DNA of 64,000 bases from the human T2T-CHM13v2.0 reference genome, Homo sapiens, in the NCBI RefSeq assembly GCF_009914755.1, contig NC_060931.1; one strand, given 5' to 3'. The notes beneath the pieces were generated by a model. The model did no database searches. It was not told the origin of the DNA and was given only the letters and a program-made list of their open reading frames with translations. Position numbers and translations under genes: made by a program. Shown piece by piece: positions 12,829 to 26,268 of this stretch (positions within the stretch are counted from its first letter, which is position 1; every line of letters starts with the position of its first letter).

Positions 12829-13439
12829 TACGGAAATGAACAGTTTCAATGGCACGGGAGGCCTTGGGAGAAGTGGGCTGCGGGCCTGGAGCTGACGTGT
12901 GAGCGTGGACTGCGCTACGCGTGACAGAATCCGTGTCTGTCACTCCGGTGCTGTGCTGGGTTGGGAAGATAGGAGCATGTCTGGGCAACGCCCTGCTTCT
13001 GGGACGGAGGACAACACCGGGTACGTCTGAGGAGGAGGCTGAGGTCAGGCTTTAGGACAAGGGGCTGGTGCAGAAGAAAATGGGGAAGAAACTAAAATGC
13101 AGATGTGAGACGGCAGGTTGGGGAGAGTGACGCACGGGCAGCACGTGGACATGCGCGGGGCCTCCCGTCCAGTGAGGAGGGGGCGGGGCCTCCCGTCCAG
13201 TGAGGAGGGCGTGGGGCTTCTTGGGTGTGGGACACACTCATCACTGGCTCTACTTCTGGAACTGACAGATGTAAAAGAGGAAACACCATTGTGGGCAGGA
13301 AAGTGTTAAGGTCCTTGGTGAAATGGGAAACTCTTGAGACGTGTGGAGGGAAGGAAGGGAAGAACCCATCATCTACCACAGAGGCATGGACGGGAGAGAG
13401 GGGTGATTTCAGCCTTGTCTGGCATCCCTTGTGTCTGCT

Positions 13440-14165
13440 GAGGGTGTGTGCACACGGGAATGTGTGCGGGTGTGTGTGCGTGCATGCAGCTGTGTGTGGA
13501 TGTACATCGTGTGTGGGTGTGTAGGTGTGTGTGGGTGTGTGCAGCAGTGCAGGTGTGCATGGGTGTGTACAGGTGGGTGTGTGGATGTGTGTGGGGGTGT
13601 GCACAGCTGTGCAGGTGTGTGGGTGTGCAGGGTCCATGACTGTGTGTGGGTGTGCACCGTGTGTACACCTGTGGAGGTGTGTGGGTGTGTGCAGTGTGCA
13701 TGGGTGTGTGTGTGGGTGTGCACCCCGTGGGTGGGTGTGTAGGTGTGTGTGGGGTGTATGCATGGGTGTGTGCAGGTGTGTGGGTGTGTGCAGTGTGTGG
13801 CTGAGTGGTGTTTGTGGGTGTCTGTGGGTGTGTGTGCAATGTGTGGGTGTGCGCAGTGTCCGTGGCTGTGTGTAGGTGTGCACTGTGTGCAGGTGTGTGC
13901 GTGTGAGCAGTGTGCACGGCTGTATGTGGGTGTGTACCACATGCGTGGGTGTGTAGGTGTGTGTGGGGGGTGTGCCTGGGTGTGTGCATGGGGATGCGCA
14001 GTGTGTGGCTGAGTGTGGGTGTGCACTGCGTGAGTGGGTGTGTAGGTGTGTGTGGATGTATGCATGGGTGTGTGCAGGTGTGTGGGTGTGCAGTGTCCCT
14101 GGCTGCATGTGGGTGTGCGCAGTGTGCAGGTGTGTGGGTGTACGCAGTGTGTGTGGCTGAGTGTG
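13440..14165. repeat. Complex TG-rich simple repeat
   Basis: Degenerate (GTGTGTGG/GTGCA)n over ~720 bp. Confidence 0.95.
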
Positions 14166-14904
14166 CCGCCTCTCTGGCGGCTCGTGTGGTGTCAAAGCCC
14201 GCACTGCCGTTCAGCCCCTGGGTGCCTGGACTTCTCTTCTAAGATGATGGAGTTTGTGGTCGGGGACTGAGTTGCCAAATGCTCAGGTGGGCGCTGGTGA
14301 AATATTTTCTATTCGACCCAAATTCCAGGGAGGAAACAGCTCTCCTGAGGGGCATCTTTTTTACCACAACGATGATGTTTTGCTGTCAGGGCCTGCGGTC
14401 ATCCTGGTCATGGTCTCCGGGTGCTCACCCTCGACGGCTCGCTCTTTCCTTGTCTTCAGTTCCAAACCAGGCGACGTGACTTCCTCCGTTCAAAGGAGCT
14501 GCAGGCGCCTCCTCTTGGCTTCGTAGAAGCAAGCATTCAGATTGGACAGCAGCATTTTGCCCAAATAATTTTTCTATCTTTGTGAAACTGAACTTCTAGG
14601 GGAAGTTTAGTCTCGGGGCGATGTTGGGCAGCGCAGTCACGGATTAAGATGTGATGGTGACTTTCGCATGGTCCCATTTCCTTATGCCTTGAAGTTCCAG
14701 GAGCTGAATTTATGTGCATGCTCCAAGACAGCTCCTGAACACACACCCTGAGGAAGAGGGTGAACTCCTCCGGACGCCCAGTCCAAGAAGGAAGCAGCTA
14801 GGAAGCTGACTCTGTTATCTGGAGTGCAGAAAACGGAGCTTCGGGTCACCAAGTGATCTGGGCAACAGGGCTGGGGTGTGTATGTGTTATCATCTTGCTA
14901 TTTA

Positions 14905-15345
14905 TTTATTTATTTATATTTAAGTTCTGGGATACATGTGCAGGACGGGCAGCTTTGTTACATAGGTAAACGTATGCCATGGTGGTTTGCCGCACCCATG
15001 AATCCATCACCGAGGAATTAAGCTCCGCATGCATTAGCTATCATCCTGATGCTCCCCATCCCCCTTCCCCACTGACAGGCCCCAGTGTGTGCTATTCCCC
15101 TCCCAGTGTCCATGTGTTCTCATTGTTCAGCTGTCATTTATAAGTGGGAACAGGCAGTGTTTGGTTTTCTGTTCCTGTGTTTGTTTGCTGAGGATGATGG
15201 CTTCCAGCCCCATCCATGTCGCTGTAAAGGACATGATCTCATTCCTTTTTATGGCTGCATAGTCTTCCATGGTGTATATGTGCCACATTTTCTTTATCCA
15301 GTCTATCATTGATGGGCATTTGCGTTGGTTCCATGTCTTTGCTGC
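14905..15345 (-). mobile_element. L1PA 3'-end fragment with target site duplication
   Basis: Peptide WIKKMWHIYTMEDYAAIKRNE and a (TTTA)n tail. 14-bp TSD catcttgc(t/c)attta at 14891-14904 and 15346-15359. Confidence 0.92.
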
Positions 15346-16723
15346 CATCTTGCCATTTAAAAATGGAGTAGAACGGAAGACCTGGCATGTAATGATTGTG
15401 ACTGTGGCTTCCTCTTTCTCTGATGAGTCCCAAAGCACCTCACTTCACGAAGGGTCCTGGGACCACCGTTGTGCACCTCAGCCATCTGTGTGCCAGGAAG
15501 GGCTTGTTCTGGCGAACAGGATACACACAATGGGAGGCTTGGAGGGTTTGCTCCTTGTGATTTTTTTCACTTTTGGCAAAGATATCCCCTTGCGATGATT
15601 TTGCCCAGACCCATCCTAAAGCCAGTGTGTGTTCTGGGCAAACTCACCTGTCTGGAGGGAAGAGGCTGCCTGACAGGCAGGTGTTCTGGGTGAACTCACC
15701 CGTCTGGAGGGAGAGGCTGCCTGAGAGGCAGGCAGAGGTGTGGGGAGGAAACTACTTTGAATTTAGATTTCCTGGGGCTTATCCCAGAGTGGGCCTCACT
15801 GTGGAGTCACGAACACACCTGCCTGAGGTGGCTCTCGCTGACCATTCCTGGTAATGTGTGCCCCGTTCTCCCAGCCTCCATGGCCTCCTCTGTCCAGTTC
15901 AGAGCCACCTGAAGCTCACGGGATGCAGGGCCAGCCAGAAGGTGGTATGTGCCAGCCTTGACAAGGCCACCTCTTTTACTGCTAGGCAGCCAGTACAGGA
16001 GGATGGTCAGTGAGGCAAGATGGACCCTTCCAAGGTTGGACCCTTCCATGGCACAAAACCTGGAACTCCTTGGTACAGAGAGGCCAGACACACGTCAACC
16101 TCACGTCCAGTTCCTGTTGAGCCAAAGCTCATGAGAACTTTTTTGTTTTGATGGCTGTTGCTGCTGGAACAGCAGCTGTCCCGTGTCACCTCCTCTCTCG
16201 ACAGCCTCGCAACACATGCCGAATGCTGTTGTGAACAAGCAGAAGGAAAGACAGACATGTGCACAGTCCCAGCTTCTCCCCGCGGGACACTGAGTAACCA
16301 CACAGGGAAAAATCATCACGCAGCCACGCAGAAGCCTCCAGACACACACGCCTCAGTGGGTGTAGATGTGCCGCTCCCTCGTGAGGGACAGTCCTGCCCC
16401 CTGCCCTGACCATGGGGGACGTGGGACACGCCTAGACAAGAGACGTTCCACAAAGAGCAAGGCCGCTGGCGCTCTAGAAGACCTCACAGCCGTGAAGCGT
16501 CCCGGACAGCAGAGGAACCATGATGCCCCTCGCGTGGCCGCCCTGGGCGTGTCCTGCTCCAGGGGAAGCTCCCTGGGGGGGCGCGTAGGGCATCGCTGGG
16601 CCTGTTGGTCAGTGGTTTGCATCGGTGCTGACTTCCTGGGTTTGGTCACTGCGCTGTGGTTATGTGAGGTGTTCACATTTGGGGAAACTTGGTGGAGGGT
16701 TGGTGGATTATTTCTGCATTTTA

Positions 16724-17020
<297 letters not shown>

Positions 17021-17575
17021 TCAGGGCCAGAGAGACCAGACACACGTCAACCTCACGTCCAGTTCTTGTTGAGCCAAAGCTCACCAGAATTTTTTTTGTT
17101 TTGACCTCTGTTGCTGCAAACTGGGCCTCTTCAGCAAGCATGAGGGATTTTGGGTGCTCAAGGATGCTGTGCCCTGGGGGCCTCCACAAAGCGCAGGCCC
17201 CGGAGAGGCCGGGCAGCGCTCAGAGAGCTCAGAACATCCTCCTGAGGGTTCTGGGATTTATCGTCAACCTCTTTCTACAAAAATGCAGCGTTCTCCCCCC
17301 ACCCCCAAATCTAGTGAATGGAAAGAGCCAGTGGATCGAGTTCCTAGGACTTGAGATGTGGCTGCATCTGGAGGTGTTGCAGGAAACGCCAGTGGACCTT
17401 TGGGGGCCCAGAAGTGACCCCGCCCATGCAAGGCCGGCATGGACGAGGCCGGTCAGAGCAGAGCAATCGGTGTGCGGCTCACATTAAACCAGGCCTCCCC
17501 GTGCTCCTCTCAGGAACACGGCCGCAGAGAGGCACCTTGAATGGGTCTGCGTCCCGGAGGAGAGACTGACAGTAC

Positions 17576-17649
17576 CTTCGTCTGGACCATGCCGGGTCTC
17601 TGGTCCCTCAAGTGCTCCAGGGTCGCTGCGATATCAATCTCTTTAGCAC
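17576..17649 (-). CDS. PTPRN2: PTPRN2 coding exon (exon 22), 74 nt, (G)[24 protein letters not shown]
   Basis: Acceptor ttgcag|GT and donor AAG|gtactg. Contains the LRxQRxGMVQT motif. Confidence 0.97.
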
Positions 17650-20089
17650 CTGCAACAAACCACAAATTGGGCTGAGTTCAGAGCACAAGATAATCCATGC
17701 CACATCTGTCAATCTCCTGCTAGCCACGTTCCCTCTGGGCTGAGAGGCCAATTGAAAATTATTACGCTCATCCCTCAGCCGGCTGGCAGGCGGCTGCAAT
17801 TTCAGTGTTCATGTAGAAGACGAAGGCAGGGGCAGCTTTCATTAGCATTAATTCCAGAAAGCTGGGCTGAAAAATTGTTATAAGATGCTTACCAACAGCA
17901 GGCCGTCACCGTCAGAAACCAAAGCTGTACTGGTTTTCTTTTCTTTCTTTTCTTTTTTTTTTTTTTTGTGACACTTCAGGGAATGTAGTACCTCATAGGG
18001 AGCCATATACGAACTTTAACTTTGATTGCATAGGATTACTTTTTTATTTAAAGAAATAAAAAATCAGATTAATTTAGATTAATGGACTCAACCTTAATAT
18101 TGGCTTTTAACTGTAGAGTTTTCTGCTTTTTAAACTCAAATGTTCCACATTTTGGGACTGGGTAAAGGTGCCCGTAGCTACTCCCAGCTCAGTGGTTCAC
18201 CAAAAGCTCCATCCTCCTGTAGACAGCACCGATCTCACGGCAGGTGATGCTGGCTGCACTCAAATCATGCTACTTAAGTTTTAAATTTTAAGCTAATAAT
18301 TAATTCAGCACATATTGTTATTTTTCCATTTTGCTAGGTTCTTTAGTAGACAGATAATGAGCAAGACAGGGTCCCGACCTCTCCAGCGTGTTGCAGTTGA
18401 GAGGGGCAGACAGGACACAGCCGCCAGGATGAGAAACACAGAGAAGTGTGGGATGAGGAGCAGGAGGCAGCTCCGAAGCGGGTCAGAATCCCACAGGGAA
18501 ACCCACATGGGTGCCAGGCACTTCATGTCACCTCTACCGAACACGGTGAACTGAGAACTGTGGTCACCCGAGTCGCAGATGAGGAAATAGAGACGCGGCC
18601 AATGGCATGTCCAAGCCACAGACAGGAAGAAGCCGCAGCCATTGGAACCCCAACTACCGTGGGCAGGACAGCGCTGGCCGAAGACCTGAGGAGGCCCGGG
18701 TGGCCCAGAGTCAGGTGGTCCCCAGGCCTTTCTCTCCGGCCGCAACCTGAGTGCACACCACATTCCTCGCCCAGCGAATCAGGAGAGAAGCTTTAAAATT
18801 CCCGAGGTTCCTCAATTTCCTTTCCCTGTGGTTCTGTGGCTTCATGGGGTGGCAACTGTGAAGCCAGTGGGGGCTCAGGCTCCAGGAGGATCATCCCAGC
18901 AGGGTAGCAGGTGCCTGCGAAGCACCTCCAAGTCACAGCAGGTGCCTGCGAAGCACCTCCAAGTCAGAACTGCGGGCAGCTAGGAGGGAACGGCAGGGGT
19001 GGCGGGGAGGCCTGGGGAGGACACACGTTGGAACCAAATGTCATGTTTGCATGAAGGGAGAACAAAGCAGGTGGTGTGGAGAATCTGGCTGTCAGGACAG
19101 CCCCACAGCGGCTCCACCAGGGAGGCCGGGCGCGAGATGACCACCCCACCTGCCCTGCCTGGCTGGTGGGTCTCCCCACCTTTGAGCACAGAAGATGGAG
19201 ACACTGGCATTTCCTGGCAGGAACAGGGCTCGTGGTGATGGGAGCCACTGTCGGGGCTAAGCTGGCCGTCCCTCCAGCTCCCATCCCCTGGTTAAAGGAC
19301 CCCATTCTCCTGGGCAGGGAACACCATGAGGGCCACCACCTTTTAAGCCAGAGCCTCTGCAGGCATAAAAGGCGGCTTTCTTTTGCGGCAGCCCGTGAGC
19401 TCGGCCACCAGGGAACTAGCTGGCAGCTCACGCGGGTGGAAGGCGGGGTCAGGTGCACGGGTTTGCTTAATTGCTCCTTTTGGGTCTCCAAAGGCCTAAA
19501 AAGTCGACAAGGCTACAGTAAATACAATCTTGTTTTAAAAGAAATCCATAAATTTAAAACAGCCTGACACAAACGGGTGAGTTTGTGAAATGGTAGAGAG
19601 GAAGGGAGGAAGCCAAAGGACCCCTCCTGCGGCCATGACTGTGGCGGCCAAGGAAGCCGCTTCCTCTCCTCCTCCTCCTCCCACGGACACTCCTGCAGTT
19701 GGTGCCTACACAGCAGAATCATGGCAGAAACGACGCAGGGGAACTGGCCTCTCTGAGACAAGCTTGTCTTATGAAAGTCAAGTCCCTGCATGGAGAGCGC
19801 CAGGTTAGTCTCAGTGTCACTGCACAAACATTCGTGCTTGAGCCAAAACAACTCAGAAATGCCCATATTGTCTGTTGCACCCGTGACTGTACCTTTGGTA
19901 GGAGCTGTGGCTTCTGGACACATTGAACCCAGAACTGTGCTGCAATTTAAATGTGAAAAATACCACAACTGTAGGCAGAAGGATAAATAAGCTGCAATTC
20001 ACAGCATCTTTCAAGCATCTCAAGTTGGTATAGAGGCTCAAGCTAAACACAGACCCCAGCTGGGGCTCACCCAAAGGAAGGCCGCTGGC

Positions 20090-20806
20090 CACCATGTACC
20101 CCACAGACACTGTGCAGCCCACAGCCAGCATGCACCCCACACACCCCACTATCACACACCCCACACACCCCACAGCCACCACACACCCCACGCACCCCAC
20201 AGCCATCACACACCCCACAGCCACCACACAACCCACAGCCACCACGCATCCCACAGCCACCACGCACCCCACACACCCCACAGCCATCACACACCCCACG
20301 GGCACCACACACCCCACAGCCACCACACACCCCACAGCCACCACACACCCCACAGCCACCACACAACCCACAGCCACCACACAACCCACAGCCACCATGC
20401 ACCCCACAGCCAGCACGCACCCCACAGCCACCACGCACCCCACAGCCAGCACGCATCCCACAGCCACCACACACCCCACAGCCAGCACGCACCCCATGGG
20501 CACCACGCACCCCACAGCCACCACACACCCCACAGCCAGCATGCACCCCATGGGCACCACGCACCCCACAGCCACCACACAACCCACAGCCACCACGCAC
20601 CCCACAGCCACCACACAACCCACGGCCACCACACACCCCACAGCCAGCACCCAACCCACAGCTGGCACACACCCCATGACCACCACACACTCCACAGCCA
20701 CCACATACCCTACAGGAGCCATGCACTCTATGGCCACTGCACACCCTGTGGTCACTGACCACACACCCCACAGCCACCGTGTACCCCACGGCCACCACGC
20801 ACCACA
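20090..20806. repeat. 18-bp minisatellite (CCCCACAGCCACCACACA)n, ~38 copies
   Basis: Directly visible. Produces the periodic HPTATT and VGCVVA ORFs. Confidence 0.95.
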
Positions 20807-22539
20807 TTCTGCTTGATTGGCTCTTTAGAAATCATCCAGAAGAAATGGCAAGACGTTTGCTGTTTAATTACCACGTGTAAAAAACAATAACATAACTAAA
20901 TAGCTTCCCGATAAAAATAATTCTATGTATTTTTACATATTTCTATGTACAGGGAAACCTGCCCTCTCATTTAGAAGGGAAGTCATCGTGCAAAGCGGCT
21001 GGCCGTGTGAATAATAGCTCAGAAACGGGGAAATGTACAGGCTCCATCTAACACTGGGTCTCGTAACTCCTCACACACCCCGACTGCTGACCTCAGCGAG
21101 ATGCTGACCTGGACCACGTGGGGAGGGGATGGGCCGAGGTGCAGGATGAGGGAGGCTCCATGTGCTGGGGCCTCACACCCACGTTTAGAGCACGCTATTT
21201 GTCTTTGGCCATACGCTGCTGGGTTTGGAAACCGGGTTCTAATACACAAAATGTATTACAACCAGTCTTGTGTAATTAAAAACGTAAGATGTCTATTGGC
21301 TTTTAAGAAATTTTCCCAAAACCAAAAAAGGTGAGTTAAAGGCAGGAGTGCTGGGGTTGCCGACAGACGTCGAGTTGTGTCACATGACGTGGGGAAGCTC
21401 GGGCTACAGTGCTGAGGTGTGGGTTTCCGCTCCGCGTGCCTATGCTGGGCCTGGCCGGGAAGCTGGATGGGCCAGCCTCACCTCTGGAGGGGCTTTCCTC
21501 CCGTTTCCAGGGTCCAGTGAGGGTCCAGTGAGATGACGCATGATTACGTGTAATTTACAAAACACATTTGATGCTCAGGCAACCTCACAGATCTCGTGAG
21601 CAAACTCTTCTGGGAGACAGTGAAATCCAATCAGTTATGTTCTCTGAAGCCTTCCAGGCACGAGGACAGCAGCGGCTTCTACGGGGACCCCTCAGCTTTC
21701 TGTCTCAGGAGTCATGAACCTCAGGAGAAGCAAGTGTGGTATAAATAGTCTGACTCAAGAGACGGGGAGCTCTCAGCCCTCCTGAGACATCACGTTGAGG
21801 GTTCATCTGGGCCACAGAGTTAAAGCCTCTCTCCGTTAGGTGGCTTTAGGGTACTTGCTTTCAGTCCCTGAAACTTCTTTTTTAAAACGACTGTCAACAG
21901 CAATGTCATCTGAAGGGCTGTGTGTATGATGGTGCTAGTGGGAATCCTGGGAGACTGTCCCTCACTGGCAACCGCCCTCCCGAATTCTGGCCGGAGCCAT
22001 GAAGCCGTCAGGAGCTGTAGCAGGTGTGGGCGAGGAAGGGGCTCTCCCTCCGCGTGCACTGATCTCTGGAGATGGCTGTTGCTGGCGGCTGTCTCCCAGA
22101 GTGGCGTCGTCGTCCTCACATAAAATATGATGGATAAAGTCTCTCTTATTTCATGACATCGTGGCTCCCTCTCAGGCTGTGGTTTGTGAGGAAAAGTGAA
22201 AAAAGGGAAGGAGAAAGACTTGCCGGGCCATCCCCAGACAACATGGGGAGAACCGGGCGGAAATACAAAATGACACGGGAGCGTGCCTCCGAGTCGCGCT
22301 GAGCCCTAGACCAAAACTGAAGAGCGGAGGAAACGGAGTTAACGCTTAAAAAGTGTGCAGCACCAGCATTAGGTCCATAATGATGTAGCAGGAAAATCAA
22401 CTGTCTGCTGTGGACGGCTCCTGCTTCTTGCATGCCAGGATTAAGACTAACTCCTTACTTCAAGTGTGGTAGAGACAGAAGCTTTCATAGAGCCCATGCA
22501 TGAGATCTTTCATAAGGGACAGACCCTGGATAGCCAGGC

Positions 22540-23100
22540 TCAGGCTGGGCGCCGTATCCTGCCCGCTCTGGTGCCCTCCTGAGCATGGGTACGGCCAGGC
22601 CGGGCGCCGGATCCTGCCCGCTCGCGTGCCCTCCTGGGCATGGGTGCGGCCAGGCCGGGCGCCGGATCCTGCCCGCTCGCGTGCCCTCCTGGGCATGGGT
22701 GCGGCCAGGCCGGGCGCCGGATCCTGCCCGCTCTCGTGCCCTCCTGGGCATGGGTGCGGCCAGGCCGGGCGCCGGATCCTGCCCGCTCTCGTGCCCTCCT
22801 GGGCATGGGTGCGGCCAGGCCGGGCGCCGGATCCTGCCCGCTCTCGTGCCCTCCTGGGCATGGGTGCGGCCAGGCCGGGCGCCGGATCCTGCCCGCTCTC
22901 GTGCCCTCCTGGGCATGGGTGCGGCCAGGCCGGGCGCCGGATCCTGCCCGCTCTCGTGCCCTCCTGGGCATGGGTGCGGCCAGGCCGGGCGCCGGATCCT
23001 GCCCGCTCTCGTGCCCTCCTGGGCATGGGTGCGGCCAGGCCGGGCGCCGGATCCTGCCCGCTCTTGTGCCCTCCTGAGCATGGGTGTGGCCAGGCCGGGC
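22540..23100. repeat. 55-bp GC/CpG-rich VNTR, ~10 copies
   Basis: Unit ggccaggccgggcgccggatcctgcccgctctcgtgccctcctgggcatgggtgc. Central copies are identical. Confidence 0.97.
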
Positions 23101-24867
23101 AGGGGCACAACGTTGGCATTGATAAAGCACCTGCTGGGTGGGTAGGGTGGGATAGGGTGGGCGTGTGTCCCCCTTCACTTGATAAAAGGCTTTTCTTAGT
23201 GTCAAAGGATTCATTTAAAGCCTCCACTGCATAGAAAGCTCCCTCTAGTGCATTTAAAATAGAATTCTCTCTTGAAAAATCCAATTTTGCTGACAAGGTG
23301 AAGGAGCAGCTAACGAAAGTTAAATTCCAGGGAAACAGAAAGGCCCAGTGGTGTGACGCTGACATCGAAAAGCCTGCAAACAGTCGAGGAGTCAGCGCAC
23401 ACACAAAGAAAATCCAGATGGAAGGAAAGAAAGGAACCTTAACGATGTCTACCGGGGACAGAGCGTGGGGTCCACGGAGAAGTCCCAGGCGTTTTCCACC
23501 TAAGAAGCATCATGGTGATTCAAACACCAGGGAAATGAATGGACTCAGTGGAGCCACTTTCTGCTACTTGACCAGGTTTAATTCGAGTTGTCCATGTCGG
23601 GAATCTACAGGGAAGTGACGCAGGCTGCCATCTTGCTCAGCACCCCAGTGTGGCGGGCGCCCCAGTGTGGCGGGCGCCCCAGTGTGGTGAGCACCGGCCA
23701 AGTCAGTTTGGGTTGGGCTGCACCCTCGTGCCTGGGACACCCAGGAAGACCCACCTCTCTCGTGTTAGTGGACCAGGGAGGCAGCCACAGACACCAGGCT
23801 CTGCGTGCTCCGCTGGCACCCGAATGGCCACTGGGTACCATCCCGTGCCAAGCTCAGCAAATGTAAATCGCTCTCATTGTTATTTTCTAATTCACTCAGG
23901 GCTCATTGGGTTAAAAGTTTATACATTGGTTAAATACATTTGTAAGACAACAGAGGGTTTTTTTTTAGCTTTAGATAAAAAATGTTAACCATTAAACAAA
24001 AGCCATTAAAAGAATATTAGTATTAAAGTATTAAAACTATCTGTCACAATGAAAGAATCCATTTGAAGTTAAAGAAAACCAAGCAAATATGCCACCGGTG
24101 TCTCTTTCCAAGGCTTGTTTGATTTCTCCTGGACTCTGGCTCTTGGCTGACCGAGCTGTGTGATTCAGCTCATGGCCCTAGACCACATCCTCCCAGTAAA
24201 CAGTGAACACGGACGGATGGGGTGTGCCGGGAGGGCCATCGTCGCCGTCTCCTGACCGTCATTCTTCCGCATGGCTTCCGGCAGCCTGTTCATGGATAAT
24301 GACTGCATGAGCGCAGGTAAGTTTTATTACAATTTTACTCAGAGGTTTTGCAAACTGCAGGGATGCAATGTATTCTTTTTTTCTTGAAAGTAAAAACGAC
24401 AATGTGTGCCAAGTGTTCAAGAGAGAGAGGCCTTTACTTGCAGGAGAAAATTTTCTCAACTCTACCCTCTGGAAGAACTGAAGAAAAGCTTGGTCCTAAC
24501 TAAATGCATTCAAATACATGACGAATGGTGATTATTAAGAATCCAGATAAGGAACGAAGTGGAACAGTTCCCGTGCCCCAGGAGCGCAGAGCTCCTCACT
24601 CACCCAGGCTGCGATGTTTCTGCTTTGTCTGGAGCTCACGCTGTGGGAGGACTGGGCTCTGAAGGGCACAGACACCCCATCTTTCTAGCTCTCCATGTCA
24701 GCCGAGGTGACCCCAGAACTGGACTGGGTGCAGAGGTCAAGCTAGAGCCCCTCACGTCTGGCAGAGCAAAACTCGGCTCAAGGTAACTGTGGTTGGGGAT
24801 GCTCTGGGTGCCCCACACGGTTCAAGCCCTCCCCAGACCTGGGTCTCAGGGATGCCACTTGGCACTG

Positions 24868-26234
24868 ACTACACACTACACGCATGCAGATACATGTACA
24901 TGGGTACACAGGCATGCACACACCACACAACACTCACCCACACTCACATCATACATATGCACATGCACACACACAGAGGCATGCACACACCCAAACACAC
25001 ACACCCACACTCACACTCACGTCATACATATGCACATGTGCACACACACAGGCATGCACACACCACACAACACTCACCCACACTCACATCATACATACGC
25101 ACATGCACACACACACAGGCATGCACACATCACACAACACTCACACCCACACTCATGTCATACATACACAGATGCACACACATACACACACAGGCATGCA
25201 CACACCACACAACACTCGCATCCACCCTCACGTCATACATATGTACATGCACACACATACACATTCATGCACACATCCAAACACACACACCCCACACATC
25301 ATACATATGCACATGCACACACACACATTCACACAAACATGCACACCCCACACTCACATGTCACATACACACATGCCCACACACATATACACATGTGTGC
25401 ACATGCCCACACTACACTCACACCCCACACTCATACATATGCACATGCACACACACATGCACACGCCCACAACATGCACATCCCACACTCATGTCATACA
25501 TATGCACACACACAAATATACACACAGCCATGCACACACTCACACAACATACATATCCATGCTCACATGTCATACATATGCATGCACACACATATACACA
25601 GGAATGCACATGCCCACATGACATGCACACCCTACGCTCATGTCATATGCACACACATGCACACACAATGTCATACATATGCACATGCATGCACACACAT
25701 ATATACAGGCATGCACACATCCACACAAGATGCACACCCCACACTCATGTATCATACATACACACACACACACAGATATACACACAGGCATGCACATGCT
25801 CACACAACATGCACACCCACACTCATATATACTCACATGCATGCACACATATATACACAGGCATGCACACACCACACAACACACACACCCCACTTACATA
25901 GGTCATACATATGCACACACACACACAGGCATGCACACACCACACAACACTCACATCCTACATCACATGTGCACACAAACACCCACACTTCACACTCTCA
26001 CACAATACACCCCACATCACACATGCACATCCTTTATACCTACATTCAGGATCACACACATACATCATACACATGCATACACACAGAACACTCACAGCTC
26101 ACACTGCACACAAACATTCCACACCCATATCACACACTCATACACCACACACATGCACACACCTATGTGCATGCACACACAGGTACACACGGCATGCATA
26201 GGCCCACACAACACCCACACCCATCACACACACT

Positions 26235-26265
<31 letters not shown>
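24868..26265. repeat. Complex CA/CATG-rich simple repeat ending in pure (CA)n
   Basis: ~1.4 kb of degenerate cacacacaggcatgcacac / catacatatgcac. Confidence 0.95.

Positions 26266-26268
<3 letters not shown>

Noticed and set aside
22460-23404. Overlapping 145-314 aa ORFs and a CRISPR-like appearance of the 55-bp array
   Set aside because: Head-to-tail tandem units with no unique spacers, no cas genes, and a human context.
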